In this document: in pieces, positions 26,501 to 39,215 of the stretch
Numbering within the stretch: position 1 is the stretch's first letter
How the letters are laid out: every line of letters starts with the position of its first letter
Assembly: GCA_051362555.1 (NCBI GenBank)
Contig: CM120642.1
Span: forward strand, 33,542,001-33,606,000
Length of the DNA: 64,000 nt
Source of the DNA: Lingula anatina
Lineage: Eukaryota > Animalia > Brachiopoda
Reading direction: 5' to 3'
Position numbers and translations under genes: made by a program
The notes under the pieces: model-generated
The model's database searches: none
What the model saw: only the letters and a program-made list of their open reading frames with translations
What the model was told of the DNA's origin: nothing

Positions 26501-29500
26501 TCTTTTATTAAACTGGATCTTATTAAGGTTCGTATAAATCAATATTACATGTATGTTACTTGGGGTAAGAGGGTTAACATTAAAAATATAGTGACGGACG
26601 GTATCCCCTTGGTCCTCCTGTTTCCTGTGTTTTTTGACTGATATGAATGAAAGTTCAAGAGCCATTGACATCTAAATAATAAAATGAGCACTGTAATATG
26701 CCTATGACGCAGGTCTTCATATTTTATACTGAAAAGTTATAAGGTATAAAAGTTATAAAGGTATAAGTTATAAAGTACCAAAGTGCACGCGGCTTAGCAT
26801 CATACAGATCCCTCCCAGTCTACACATCACGTGTTAACCACGTGACTGGGTCACGTGTAACATGATTACCACGTGGTCAACTCCTACTTTCGGTCTTGTG
26901 TGTTAATTCAGTTTAATAGCAGCTCCATACCTGCGTCGTATCCGTAGACCTCAAATTTACCACTGATGTAACCAAACCATTCCTGCACACTGAACCGAAC
27001 GTAGCGGCCGACTGCAGGGGGTTTCAGGTAATTGCTGCGAACTGTACTAGTGTCCCAATTCCCTCTGAAAACCTGTAATATTCCAAATGGCTTTTAAGCT
27101 TTAAAAAGCCAATGAAAACACTTGTTTCCATTAACATATATGAAGACACCAGTAATACATGTAATAACTGCCTTTATCCCTAAGCATGCGTTTTGATGGT
27201 AAATCTTTTTTTTTGTTTGTTTGTTTCAGGGAATATACGGAAACCATTTTGATGTGTTGCTGTATGTTAATTTCTACAACAAAGTTTATATTGTTGCAAG
27301 CGTGTTGATTTTTCCCAATCAAACCAAAAAGGAAACCATAATCAGTGCATAAATAGTGTGGTTTATACATTATTAAATCTGTGACTTTCCGCGGTACATC
27401 GGAGACATACATGGAACATGGAATATTTAAATAACGGGTGTAATAAGGCCCTTCAGTGAAGCAGCAACATAAATTTTTTTTCGCTTTTACTGAGATTATT
27501 TGTTTAATAACATTAATTCGGAGCTATAACAGGAATCTCTGTTCGTGTTCAAATTCGTAATATGATACAACTAGAACCAAATCCTGTCTGATAAATACCC
27601 GTACCTTGCACGTGCCGTTTGTAATGGAATAACAGCTGAAGTTGGCCCCGTCATCTGAAGTTAACAACTCGTACTTCGTCACATACTGTGTATAATCGGG
27701 TCGACCCTGAAATAAACAGACCTATATATTCACTGCATCATGGACGGCAAATTTAGTCTCTAACCGTCGGTAATGTGACTGTTTGTTGTGGAACTGGTAT
27801 CCTAATAAGCTACCCGCTATCACAAAAGGCTACTATTCAAACGGCATCACTGCAGGCAGGCTGGATCCTTCCATAAAACATATCATCTTCAAAACCTACA
27901 CTTGCAAACGATACATCGACCCAAATAACCTTTGTACATGCAGTTATTTAACTAAAAGCCACGAAATTAAGGAGCATTCTATCAAGTTAATATTATTGGA
28001 ACTGTTGACGTTACTCCGCCCTGGGTACTGGTTCAATTTAAGCAAATGCACCTATAAGGGATAGGTTGCCCACTCTGAAAAGCGAACACATGAATTCCAA
28101 GTAGTCCACATCTATTACGCGTAGCTACAGTGTATATATATATATACCTTTGTGGCCACCCTGGTTATAATCATCTTCCTTTGCAGATCTATTTGGTACC
28201 ATTCATTGACGATAAGGTTGTCTGCACACCATTTGTGACTCTTTGACATGGAGCCCCCAAGAATGGAACAATCTCTATGGCGTGTTGACGCCGAGAATGC
28301 CGAGTCCGGTAAAAATGAACTGTGAGGTCGCTCACGGCCTGTTGAAAACACATTTCGAAGGGTTTTATTTTTGAGTAACGAAACGTCATACTTAATACGT
28401 TATTAGGGCATTTTTGATTAAAAGGATAAACACAATCAATGACAATCAAATTGCTGTAATCGATTTGAAAAAATGTCAATGTGCTAGTGCATACTGTTTA
28501 TAAACGTCTGGTGAAAATTCATTGTTAAGTCGTTCTCGAGGTTTATTTTTGAGATTTAAAGAATGAGCATCATTTTACTGCCACATATTGATAACTGGGT
28601 CCGGGAACTATTTTGTCAAAAACGCGTTAAAACCTCCAAGTGAACGTATCACAAGTATAGACTTATGTATGAATCAAATCACTGGCATCCTGATCTGTCG
28701 AAATTACTTTGCGAAGTCTCGATCTTTTAATAAAATAAGCTGAAATAGACTACATTATAATGAAATACACCATAGAATAGAACAATGAGGATTTCTCTAA
28801 AGCGATATTGCACCGATATGTCCAAACAAATAGAATATAAGAGTCACTCAACGTGCCTTCCATAACTACGGAAACTCACGTTCGATCTAATACGAACTAC
28901 TTAATAACAATCGATAATGCCCGGATGTAGACGCACATGTACAGATCCTGTTATAAACGGTGACGTCATCAGCATCCGTGTGGGGCATTAAGTCAAAGAG
29001 AGTGATGGCAGCCGGTTCACTAATGAAAATGCAAGTGAGAGTACATACCTGGTCCCAAGGCATTTATACAGATTAAGGAGTTGTTGGGACATAAACGGCT
29101 GTATATAATATAACAAAATACGAAGTGTACATAAAATAGCTTTACCAACTGCTTAGGATCTATGCAGCTTTGCGACTATAACAGGAAAGGCAAAATTACG
29201 TAAATCTATACTCCTTTCACTATTGCTAAATTAATTTGTTCATTTTGGTGAATGAATTAATGAAGGATGGCGCGTATGTAAATACCTTATTCAGGTACTT
29301 TTGACCCTTCTAGTGATTTCCCTTAACGTTTGGTGGTTACATAATGTGTCTTGAAATCTTTGTACCTGTACGTGTTGGTTGTATCTTAAGTAAGAATCCT
29401 GTTCGATTACGTGTATGTATGCCCCATTATATTTCTTTCTAAAAGCAAATTCGCAAATCCAGACAAAATTGAATACGAGGAGTATCTAATTTCAATCCTC

Positions 29501-30632
29501 TAAAGTATATAACATCTCTGAGTCAACGCACCGTTATAAATGTACACTTTACACTTTACATCTTGGTGAACCAGTGTAACGCAACTGAGGGTACGTGGAA
29601 CAGAAAGTCCGCCCTCCATTTCGTTATAATGGTTAGGGTTAACCTGGCCTTAGTGGGTCAAATCTAGGGCGAGCCTTACCTGTAAAAATGAATTGGAAGC
29701 GGACTCTGTCATGGGGGGTTGGGGGGGGGGGGGGGGAGGCTCTCTGTCGCGTTACATCGGCAGCAATTTGTACCCATTTTAATTAATGCTTCCAAGATAT
29801 TACCTTACCTTCAGCCCAGGATGAACAAACCAGGGGACCCAGCGTCTCATGACCGAATTCAGTAGAGTTATCGAAGTCAGCAATCCTAGTCTGTACAATA
29901 GGAAGAAACACCTTTTCCTGGATGTAGCCTGCATCATATCTCCACACAGACTCATTTTTGTCACAATTACACTGTTCTGTAAAGATAAATCATGATCGTT
30001 ATATAGGAAAAGAGGCTTAAGTTGCCACTACGACCAGTCTCCAGACACGTGCAATGTCACGGCTTTTCTATATTTTCTTCAAACTATGCTTTGTATTTTC
30101 AATGAGCAAAACTGTCTAGTGCTTTAAATGTTCTATCATATTCAAAAGGCGATTGCGGCTGATTGCATTTGGTTTGTATATGTACATGTACATATATCTT
30201 TCACATGATACATCAGCGTTACAATTCACAATGACTAAAACATTCATTCCATTCATTTTAAATTTAAACGTTTTCACGCGATCATACTAACTTCAGTAAC
30301 TTTCAATCCTTACCTGCACCCTCACTGCAGGCAGCGTATTTACCACAAAGGCAGGTTGCATTCGGAGAACCCCCCGCGAAGTAATGTCCCCAGTAATTGT
30401 ATTGACCGTAACGGTCAGTCTGGGACGTCTCTGTCCCCATGCCTTGAAAGATACATTGTACATACAGATTATACCCACTGTATTCATTATTGGAAATTGC
30501 ACCGATTTTCGGTGCTCTCTGTTGTTAAGCTACGGTTACTATAGCTACAACAAAAGTGGTATGTAGAGGCTGGCGAATCAAGTTCAAATAACGGTGCACA
30601 TATATGCTGGAATTTACGAAAACATCAGTTTT

Positions 30633-30684
<52 letters not shown>

Positions 30685-32248
30685 GTCAGTATTGGCTTTG
30701 GCAAGGAATGTTGTGTACGCTGTTGCCATAGAGACGGTGGTACGTACACATTTATATAAATCCATATCGAATACCACAATTATGACTGAGTAATGCAAAA
30801 CACTGGATTTCTGACAAGTTCTTAATAGTGTAACCAATTAATAGTTGTACTAAATGCCAGACAAAGTTTTTGCTATGCTATGTTAATCTAGATATAAAAT
30901 TAGAAACTTCTTACCCCCTGTTCCGTGACATTCTATCTTTCTGTACTGGTGACAATGACCAAACGTATCCACTACGCCTGTTATCTGTTCTAGAGTACTA
31001 GGAGAGTAGGTCAGATTTCGATAAAGGTACCCATGATGGTCTGGTCCAAGTTGACCACTTCGTCCTTCTAAGTCGTGGTGGAATATGGTCAGGGGAGGGT
31101 CAAAGGTCATGTCGCACTCCACCCCAAATTTAGTCAGTGGACCAAAGCCGCCCACATCTATACTGTATGAGCCACTTGGATAACCGTTTGTTTTGAGGGT
31201 GTCGCACGTGAGAACTTCAAAACAAGAAAACATCGTTTTAGTTTGGTACTTTTTATGAAAGAATATTACTGCTCAGTTACCAGACAAATCAAACTGATGT
31301 CTTATCTTTATCAAAATCAAACATGCAAAAAAAAGTGTTTATCTGAATCACACCATTAATCGAGAATTTTTGCGGAAATGCACCAAAACATACCGTCTGA
31401 AAGGAGCGAGAAAACAACTGTAACGGATGCTGTATTCACCCCGACTGGTCGAGTACTTGTTGCTGTCAATCTTAATGTGTATTGAAACCCCTCGGTCAGA
31501 TTGGATACAAGCGACGTCACACTCTCTCGATGGCCGGGATCGGACATGGAGAGTTTTGTGACGTAAGAATTGTCGTCAGCATTCTGTAATTTGACATCAA
31601 TTATGAAGATTTGATCAAAGCCGCCATTCTCTCCGGCCACCCATGTGATCTGAACAGTGGAGTTCTCTGTTATATTGACGAACATAATCGTCGGTGCTTG
31701 TGGCGGACCTACAAGAACAATTCAAAGTGACACAATATGTGAACGTATAACTAATAACACCCCATATCTTATCATGTATGCACGGTATGCAGTTAAATTT
31801 AAGAAACATATCCAGCTTTTATCTTTTTCAATTTGGTCACGTAAGCGTGAGGATAAATTGAACAAATTTGCAAACGGTTTATGGGTGTAATTAACCAAAC
31901 CATGACGTCATATAAGACCTCACCTTTGCCAGTATCTAAAAACTCCCAGTCGCTGTTTTCCTCTAGTACTGTCCCAGCGTCATCGTGGATCGTTTTGTCA
32001 TTTATTTCACACGTCCTGTTTACTGGACTGTAGTTAACAGATGTACAACCCACAGGACCAAGAGAGAGACATCTCTTTGAGCAGTCTATTTTAGAGCGTA
32101 CAGTGTGTACCTCACCCAGTGCCCCGTTCTCTAAGCGAAATCCTTTTTGTACGCGAAAATTCTCCGAACGGTACAAGCCAGCGTTGACAAATTGGTGTAC
32201 CATACAGAGCACGATTGCCGCAATGTTTATACACTGTTTCAGTGTCAT
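20505..32248 (-). CDS. Gene B: tandem paralogue of gene A, same 16-exon architecture, ~1044 aa
   Basis: Exons 32248-31924, 31708-31394, 31214-30915, 30442-30314, 29976-29809, 28338-28148, 27706-27605, 27072-26931, 26189-25932, 25541-25354, 24876-24708, 22494-22417, 21906-21739, 21565-21350, 21124-20897, 20662-20505; 3135 nt. Intron 11 has a GC donor (AG|GCAAGT). Confidence 0.86.
22821..24547. mobile_element. CACTG-ended (EnSpm/CMC-like) non-autonomous element with TA flanks, in gene B intron 11
   Basis: TA|CACTGTAAAAACAGCGTTTAGC ... GCTAAACACTGTCTTTACAGTG|TA. Internal ~275-300 bp tandem duplication (22919-23192 vs 23195-23492). Absent from the equivalent gene A intron. Confidence 0.8.
25110..25325. 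repeat. Degenerate ~35-40 bp tandem repeat (atataccttactgggtctgtaataataat core)
   Basis: About 5-6 imperfect copies in gene B intron 10; a single copy in gene A (~13119-13145). Confidence 0.65.
29575..29756. mobile_element. Ginger1-like MITE (TGTAACG...CGTTACA) inserted at a CCGG site in gene B intron 5
   Basis: ccag|TGTAACG ... CGTTACA|tcgg. The paralogous empty site aaccggtaacaatttgta is at ~16697-16714 in gene A. Confidence 0.65.
30637..30682. repeat. (TA)n microsatellite
   Basis: AT dinucleotide run in gene B intron 3. Confidence 0.95.
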
Positions 32249-32911
32249 GGTGCAAACTTAACTTCAGAAAACTTTTTCTATGTTTCAGTTAATTTCAGGC
32301 GAATGAGTTTCATTTAATCTACAAATGTAAACTGATATGTGTGCATAATCATTTCAGCTATTCGAAGGAACTTGCTTAGATACCTATTGTCTTCAGAAAT
32401 GCTATCGGTATTTTCCATTTAACTGATTGTCTCATTGGTAAATCAGAAGGCTTTGTTTGTGTCTACTTTCTCTGACGTGATTGAAGGTTGCAGATATAAA
32501 TCAGTCAATAAAACACTAAAGTCCTTTTGGCAGCTGCCTTTCTTCTCAACAACACGGTAATTGGCCCCATATTTATTCAATTGACGATATGCGAAAGCCA
32601 AATTGCATATTTCCTTTGTATCTTGAACTTACTGATTATTTAAAATCCTATCGGCTAATGGACTTTTTTATGTTTGGAGAAAGCACGTATTATCCACGGT
32701 GTTTTGAAATCAGACCAGAAAAGAAGCCAATGCCTACAACAGTGGGCAGTCACTATTGTTTGAAATTGGCAGCAATTACCACATAGGCCTTAAAAGGCAA
32801 TTGAGAGGTCAATTAGCACGCCGTTTTATCATTCATATACAAATAAATACTTCATATAAAGACGTGGGTGACAGCGAATAAAGACACTAATTATTGTGTC
32901 AAAAATACGCG

Positions 32912-33160
32912 CAGGAGCGGATCCAGGATTATTTGAAGAGGGGGCCCTGAACGACAGGCCTTGAATGCGAAGCTGTGAGGTCCGAAAATTTTTTGGCGAT
33001 TTGGAGAGCAAACAGTGCCCTTTGGTACGGTTTAGGTACGGTTCAAGAGGAGAATATTGGTGTGATACATTTAGGTGCGGTTCAATACGTGTGATACGTT
33101 TTTCAGAAACCGAAGGAAGGGTCAGGACCCCCCTGACCCCCCCCTCTAAATCTGCCACTG
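32912..33160. mobile_element. hAT-like MITE (CAGGAGCGGATCCAG...CTAAATCTGCCACTG)
   Basis: Imperfect terminal inverted repeats with G-rich/C-rich subterminal tracts. A matching 3' end fragment lies at ~43670-43724 (cctagatccgccactg). Confidence 0.6.
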
Positions 33161-34562
33161 TACCCATGACTTGTGACTAGGGGATAGGACAAAGATTATT
33201 CAAGTATAACACCATGTTTTGCTCACAATCGATGTGTTCTATGAAAGACGTCTCTCGTGGCCACTCGATAATAAAACAAAATTATTCTTTATGTAGAAAC
33301 TAAATTACCATTCACGTGACCAAGTCCCATAGCTGATGGACCGAAACGTTGTGTTTGGCTGGTATTATTAAGTCTCTAATTAAAGAATATTTCTATCTAA
33401 TGATCGTCGAGATTCATGCTTCTGACATCCATGATACTGAATTGACCAGCTCTACAACACTGAACACTGAAGGAATCAATGCACATTCTGATGTCCCTAA
33501 ACCCAAACTTGTCGTGCAAATGACTCAGTTTCCTCTATTACTATTGGGTAAACAAATCAATTAAGGTCTTGGTTGAGCATGTGAAAAGACTTTAAACCAA
33601 TGGGGACAAATGACACAGTCACCTACAGTTAAAGAAAAGGTTATATGGCTTTTACGTTACTGCTTAACTACAATAAAAGACAACATAAATTTACTACGGT
33701 ATTTAGGTTATAATCCGAATGTGACAGTAAGGATCGATCAAGCTGTTGAGTACCTAAAAAGTAACTGGTATATCGATCTTCCCCGTGTTCTGTAATAACC
33801 ATTCTTATATAATACAATACTTAGATTGCCAGTATGCCAGTGCGCGTGAAAGTACTTAAAAAGGTAAAAGAAAGACATAAATGTCTGTATACGAATGAGG
33901 CATATTCAAGAATTCCATCTTCAGCTGCAATAAAATATTATTTTCATTGAAACGACAAATATGTTTTTAAAATTTAAACATATGTTTGTCTGTATCTCTT
34001 TATCTCTATTTCATTCATTTCAATAGAAAATCAATTAAAACATCATTCCAATGACTGATGCCATTCCATGATACCAATGATATGCCCTACACGTGTCAAT
34101 AACCCATGGCCAGCCTAGAACTGGAACATATTGCGTGACATAAAATATAAACATCTTGGGTAGCGATGGCCGTGACTTACATACAACCAAATGATGATGA
34201 CATTTGCAATAGTAAAACCTAACCATTCTTTTTACGAGCAAAGCCATTTGATTGCTTCAGTTGCGATTGCCGGAATAGGAGCATCAACACAGCACTTCAT
34301 AAGACCTTCAGGTATAATGATGTAAATATCGAAACCCCTGTATAGAGAGAGATGCATGCATGTCATACCACCAGATTAAAAGGCCACCTGTCGCATTCGG
34401 CTGGCAGGTATATTGTTCCACATATGAATACGTGACTAATATACAACATCGTTTAATTTACATTTGAAGCAATATGAAGGATTCCGATTTGACATCTGAG
34501 AGTCTTGGGGAATTTTATTTGATTTCATTTAATTAAATGCAATAAAATTCTATTCGATTTAA

Positions 34563-34912
34563 AGGGATAACAACTCTTCCTATAAGATAAATATTTCACA
34601 ATAAATACATTGTAAACAACTCAACCAAATATAATATATTCTTTTTTTACCAAAAATTGACGGTAATAGCAATAAATCTGAAATATTGCTTGTCATCCAA
34701 AAAGGTGACCTCCACAGATAGTTATACTCTGTAATAATATCTTAAGATCTCTTAAGAGATTTTACAAAAAAAAAAAAAACTTTTTAGAAATAAAAAACAG
34801 GGACTAACTTTGAATGTAGCAATGGAACCATTAACAATTGGTAAGTATGGGCAAATTGTTGTTTACTCCAGGAAAATTCATTTTTTGGCCAAAACGAACA
34901 GTTGTTATCCCT
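34563..34912. mobile_element. Kolobok-like non-autonomous DNA transposon, copy 2
   Basis: TTAA|AGGGATAACAACTCTTC ... GAACAGTTGTTATCCCT|TTAA. Confidence 0.82.
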
Positions 34913-35160
34913 TTAATTTAATTCAATTATCTAACTTAATGAAATTAAATTTAATCAATTCGTTTATATATTTTATATTTTATATTTTCCATCTATTTTA
35001 TTTCTTAATCTTAGCCGGTGTTATGGCAAAATGGGTAGTAAACTCTTTTCTTCTGTTTAAAAAGCCAGAGTCCTTTCAAATATCGGTTGAATTGATTCGT
35101 TCTGTACAGGTCGTTGGTCTGCCCCAGAGTGAAACGTTAAAAAGAAAGTTTTTATTTCAG

Positions 35161-35292
35161 TGGATATCGAGCTGATCGCAGCCTATGTGGATAATGTCGC
35201 CACTGACAGTACACAACACATCAAATGCGTACGTCAGGACTCGATACTAAGTTATTTTGGCCCATGGTACGACTGCCGTGGGCAGCGGGCTT
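35161..35292 (+). pseudogene. Orphan degenerate exon of a Caspr-FBG-like domain
   Basis: After acceptor tttatttcag it reads DIELIAAYVDNVATDSTQHIKCVRQDSILSYFGPWYDCRGQRA, homologous to QIAAYVDIVATNCNQYIKYEC..AWYDRHGQQA. Conserved Cys residues are lost and the exon is truncated. Confidence 0.75.
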
Positions 35293-35726
35293 TTAATGCA
35301 ATCCATTTGTAACCATAACACATACGGTCGGCCACGTCATGCAATCTGTCTCCTTTCTCTTGTAATCGTTAAATGTGAAATGCAAGCTCATTTTAAAAGA
35401 TTTTCCCAGACGGAATGACAATCCACCGGAAGCTGCCATAAGGAAAACAGCTGTACCAAAGAGTACGGTGTTCTTTCAATGTAGGTGGAGATTTTTTAAA
35501 AATAAAAGTTTGTTCTATAAAAAAACGTGCAGTTTTTCTCAAATTTCAAAAACACCACGATTAAAAAAGTTGATATTTGCTCTTAACCCAAATACCAGAC
35601 GGTATAAGTCTATGCTACTGTAGTCTACCATAATATCCAAGTGCTCTCATCTCAGCCACAGATATAATTAAAAATACTTAATATGTTTTTATATACCAAT
35701 ATCACGAAGGTTGTTCTTTTAAATAT

Positions 35727-38263
35727 TTATCCTTGGCAGACAAGTGGCCCTACTGTGTGATAGCCTTCTTCGCCAGAGTCGCCGGTATCTCCAAATTTTA
35801 CAATAGTTATCGGCAGGTAACTTGACTGTGTGATATATCCTTCGTCCGATCTCAAAACGTTGTCATTTGCGTCACAATTGCAATCTGAAAAACATAATTC
35901 ATGATTCTACATGTATGTGTACGACGTGGACGATGAAAATAATTAGGCTACTGAAAAAACGGTCAAACTATATATACATACTGAGTAAGCTGCATAGTGT
36001 TACACATGTAGACTTCCACCATGTAATTTATAGGAAAATTGCGTATAAATCTACATGACCATACCCGCTGTTCAGAGTCTAGTTCTCAACAGTTGACCCA
36101 CTTACGATCTGAAGGGTCTGCACAGGATCCATCTCTTGAACATGCGCAGTTATATGAAGCACCACCTGGTGTTCCGCCAGCCCAGAATGTCGCGATATTT
36201 CCATCGCGGTCATACCATCCGCCATACTGTCGAAGGGTCGAATCACGGCATTCATATTTCAGGTACTGAGAGCAACTCACACCAACATTATCCACATATG
36301 CGACAACATTGCTTATACTGACTGAAAAAGGAAAAGTAAATTATGTAATGGTTAATTAGACATCCGGGCCACTGGGTGATCCCGAGCGCACTTTTTTATT
36401 ACCAGACATCCCAAGAAAATCCACACGTTCGTTTTAATTTGGTCATTCTAAAACTAAAACAAAAAAGATAGATATTGTGGGGTACTGAGATTGCAGAAAT
36501 CAATGAGCCATGACAAATAAATTACTTTTTTTTCGGTCAGGTTGAAACAACAAATTTCCCATCACGCTTCGTGGAAAGCCACACTTGTTGGGCTCTCTTC
36601 TTAGTATACTTTTCTCGTGACCTGAACATGTGTAGTGCGCTCACCGGTGTAAGTTAAGCTAACTGAGTACGACATCGCGTCTTCATATCCGTTGACCCGT
36701 GTCCTGACTTCCTGGTCATGGTGGAAATAAGCCGTGGGTGGAGTGGATGACATGTCACAATACACCTCAAAAGCGGTCACACCTCCACTGCCATCTGGGT
36801 CAACCAAATAGAGACCGCTAGTGCTGTTAAACCGTTTCCATTCTGTGCATGAACTTGGCAGTGAAGCTAATAAAGTGAAAACAAAATAATAATCCACTTT
36901 CATCGTTTTTAAAATATGCATGACTGTTTTGCTAAAAAAAGGTTTGGAATATTTCAGTAAAATATCAATGCTGTATTTGTAATAAGGTGAAGGATATTTT
37001 AAACCATCTGATCCACTAGATATAGGCCTATAGATATTTACCATTTGACAACCCATTTCAGAAAGAGATCTTCCGACATATAAGTATTTATTTCAAGTTT
37101 AAGATTTTCGATAAAAGTCATGTGACACTCTCAAATTCACCTGTGATATCAACAGTCACTGAGGCAAAATTTATTCCAACTGGTCTAGTATTTGTTGACG
37201 TCAGCTTCAGCGTATATGTATTTCCCACGCTCAAACCCGTCACATGTGACGTCACAATGTCTCGGTGCCCGGGGTCGGCCATGGTAACTATTGTGACGTA
37301 TGTGCTGTCGTCAGCACCCTGTGACTTGATAGCAAGGGTAAAGGTTTGGTCGAATTCGCCGTCGTCACCTGCTACCCAGGTGATCTGTCTGGCGGTTGGC
37401 TGTGTTGTACTGACGCTTATAATCGACGGAGGATTTGGGGGGCCTAAAACGAACAATTTAATGCTATAAAGGGCCCTTGAGCCATGTAATATGGTGACAT
37501 GCATATTTGGTTTGTAATTGAAAAATATATACCTACTGTCCTCTTATATGTATCATTTTTGGACTGGTGCTTGGAACGCATAGGGGTACGACTATTTTAA
37601 ATTTGCGGTACAAAGTGAACACAATTCAACTCAATTTCACTACTATTACTTTTCAGTATATATAGGCGTTTAAAAAGGAACTAATAGAGGGACATTTTTT
37701 AAAAGAAATTATATGGCTTTACAATGTAAAAGTGGGTTTGTAATGGATTCAATATACTAACGGAGTTTCAATTCTACGTAATTTGAATCAATTTATATTA
37801 ATATTTTTTCTTTGCTTTTATTTGTATTTTATACTGTAAAACCTATTGAACATTTACTGGGTTAAAAGCTTTAACATGGTAACAATAGGTAAGATGAGGT
37901 GAGATCAAGGAAAATTGGAACCTTACCTCGTGCGGTGTTGTAGAACTCCCAGCCATCGCATGCAGTAGGTACTGTCCCAGCGTCATCGTGGATTGTTTTG
38001 TCATTTATTTCACACGTTCTGTTTTCTTTGTTGTAGTTGACAGATGTGCACCTCCCAGGACCCAAAGACAGGCACCTCACAGAGCACTCTATCTTAGAGG
38101 CCACCTTGTATGACAAACGCTGAGCGTCACTAAAGACGCCATTAACCAATCGAAACCCATCCGTGGCCTGAAAACCTTCAGAACGGTACCAGTTTCCTTG
38201 AATGGAGAGAAATCCACCAAAACTGACGAATATCATAAAGAGAATGCACGACCTCAACCTCAT
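35727..38263 (-). CDS. Gene C: secreted SP-PAN/Apple-FN3-CasprFBG protein, 5 exons, ~411 aa
   Basis: Exons 38263-37927, 37443-37141, 36866-36645, 36321-36106, 35884-35727; 1236 nt, GT-AG, all introns phase 1, ends TVGPLVCQG*. Confidence 0.88.
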
Positions 38264-38713
38264 GTTCGCAGTGACGTGCCGCCTGTTTCATTAAAAAGTG
38301 CGTTTTACTACCCAGCCGTCCACTTAGTGAAGACTTATTCTCAAATAAATATACGTTTCAGTTAAGTTCAAAGGACGCTTTTAATATCTTACCGAATATT
38401 TACAATCCTTGTGTATATATTGAGTTTTTCTAAATGGGTCAATGTCTTCAATTTCCGTAGATATGTTTATTTGGTCTCATTTTATACCTTTCTTTTACGT
38501 TCCCCGACGATTATTATTCTCTGTGATGTTTTTTTTTCATTGATTGATAATTTGATTGTTTGAAGGATACGAAAAACTTACGGAAGCCATTCCATTAGTA
38601 ACTTACAAACACCTTTAAAAGCAAGTTACTTCTATAGTACTGTACATGTATTTCACATTTTTCTGCAAAATAATAATAAAAATAATAATAACAATAAATT
38701 ACATCTGAGTGGT

Positions 38714-39215
38714 AGATGTTCATTTGTAATACAACAATTATAATTCTAAGCAGAACATAAATAAGATGGTTCATTTGTAATACTACAATTATGATTCTAA
38801 GAAGAACATAAATGAGATGGTACATTTGTAATACTACAATTATAATTCTAAGAAGAACATAAATAAGATGGTTCATTTGTAATACTACAATTATAATTCT
38901 AAGAAGAACATAAATGAGATGGTACATTTGTAATACTACAATAATAATTCTAAGAAGAACATAAATAAGATGGTACATTTGTAATACTACAATTATAATT
39001 CTAAGAAGAACATAAATAACATGGTACATTTGTAATACTACAATTATAATTCATAGAAGAACATAAATAACATGGTACATTTGTAATACTACAATTATAA
39101 TTCTAAGAAGAACATAAATAACATGGTACATTTGTAATACTACAATTATAATTCATAGAAGAGCATAAATAAGATGGTACATCTGTGATACTTCAAGTAT
39201 AACTCTGAGAAGAAT
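38714..39215. repeat. 51-bp minisatellite, ~9-10 copies
   Basis: Unit agatggtacatttgtaatactacaattataattctaagaagaacataaata repeated head to tail; this explains the 17-aa periodic ORF 38595-39029. Confidence 0.95.

Noticed and set aside
30525-30837. ORFs with IYIYIY or poly-Ile runs (also 10575-10937 tail and 53979-54167)
   Set aside because: These are translations of (TA)n and (ATA)n microsatellites in introns.
13194-37469. Plus-strand ORFs antisense to family exons (e.g. 13194, 18741, 25387, 37122)
   Set aside because: They are shadow frames of real minus-strand exons with no independent motifs.
38595-39029. 144-aa hydrophobic repeat ORF, or a CRISPR-like array
   Set aside because: It is the translation of a head-to-tail 51-bp minisatellite with no unique spacers and no cas genes, in eukaryotic DNA.
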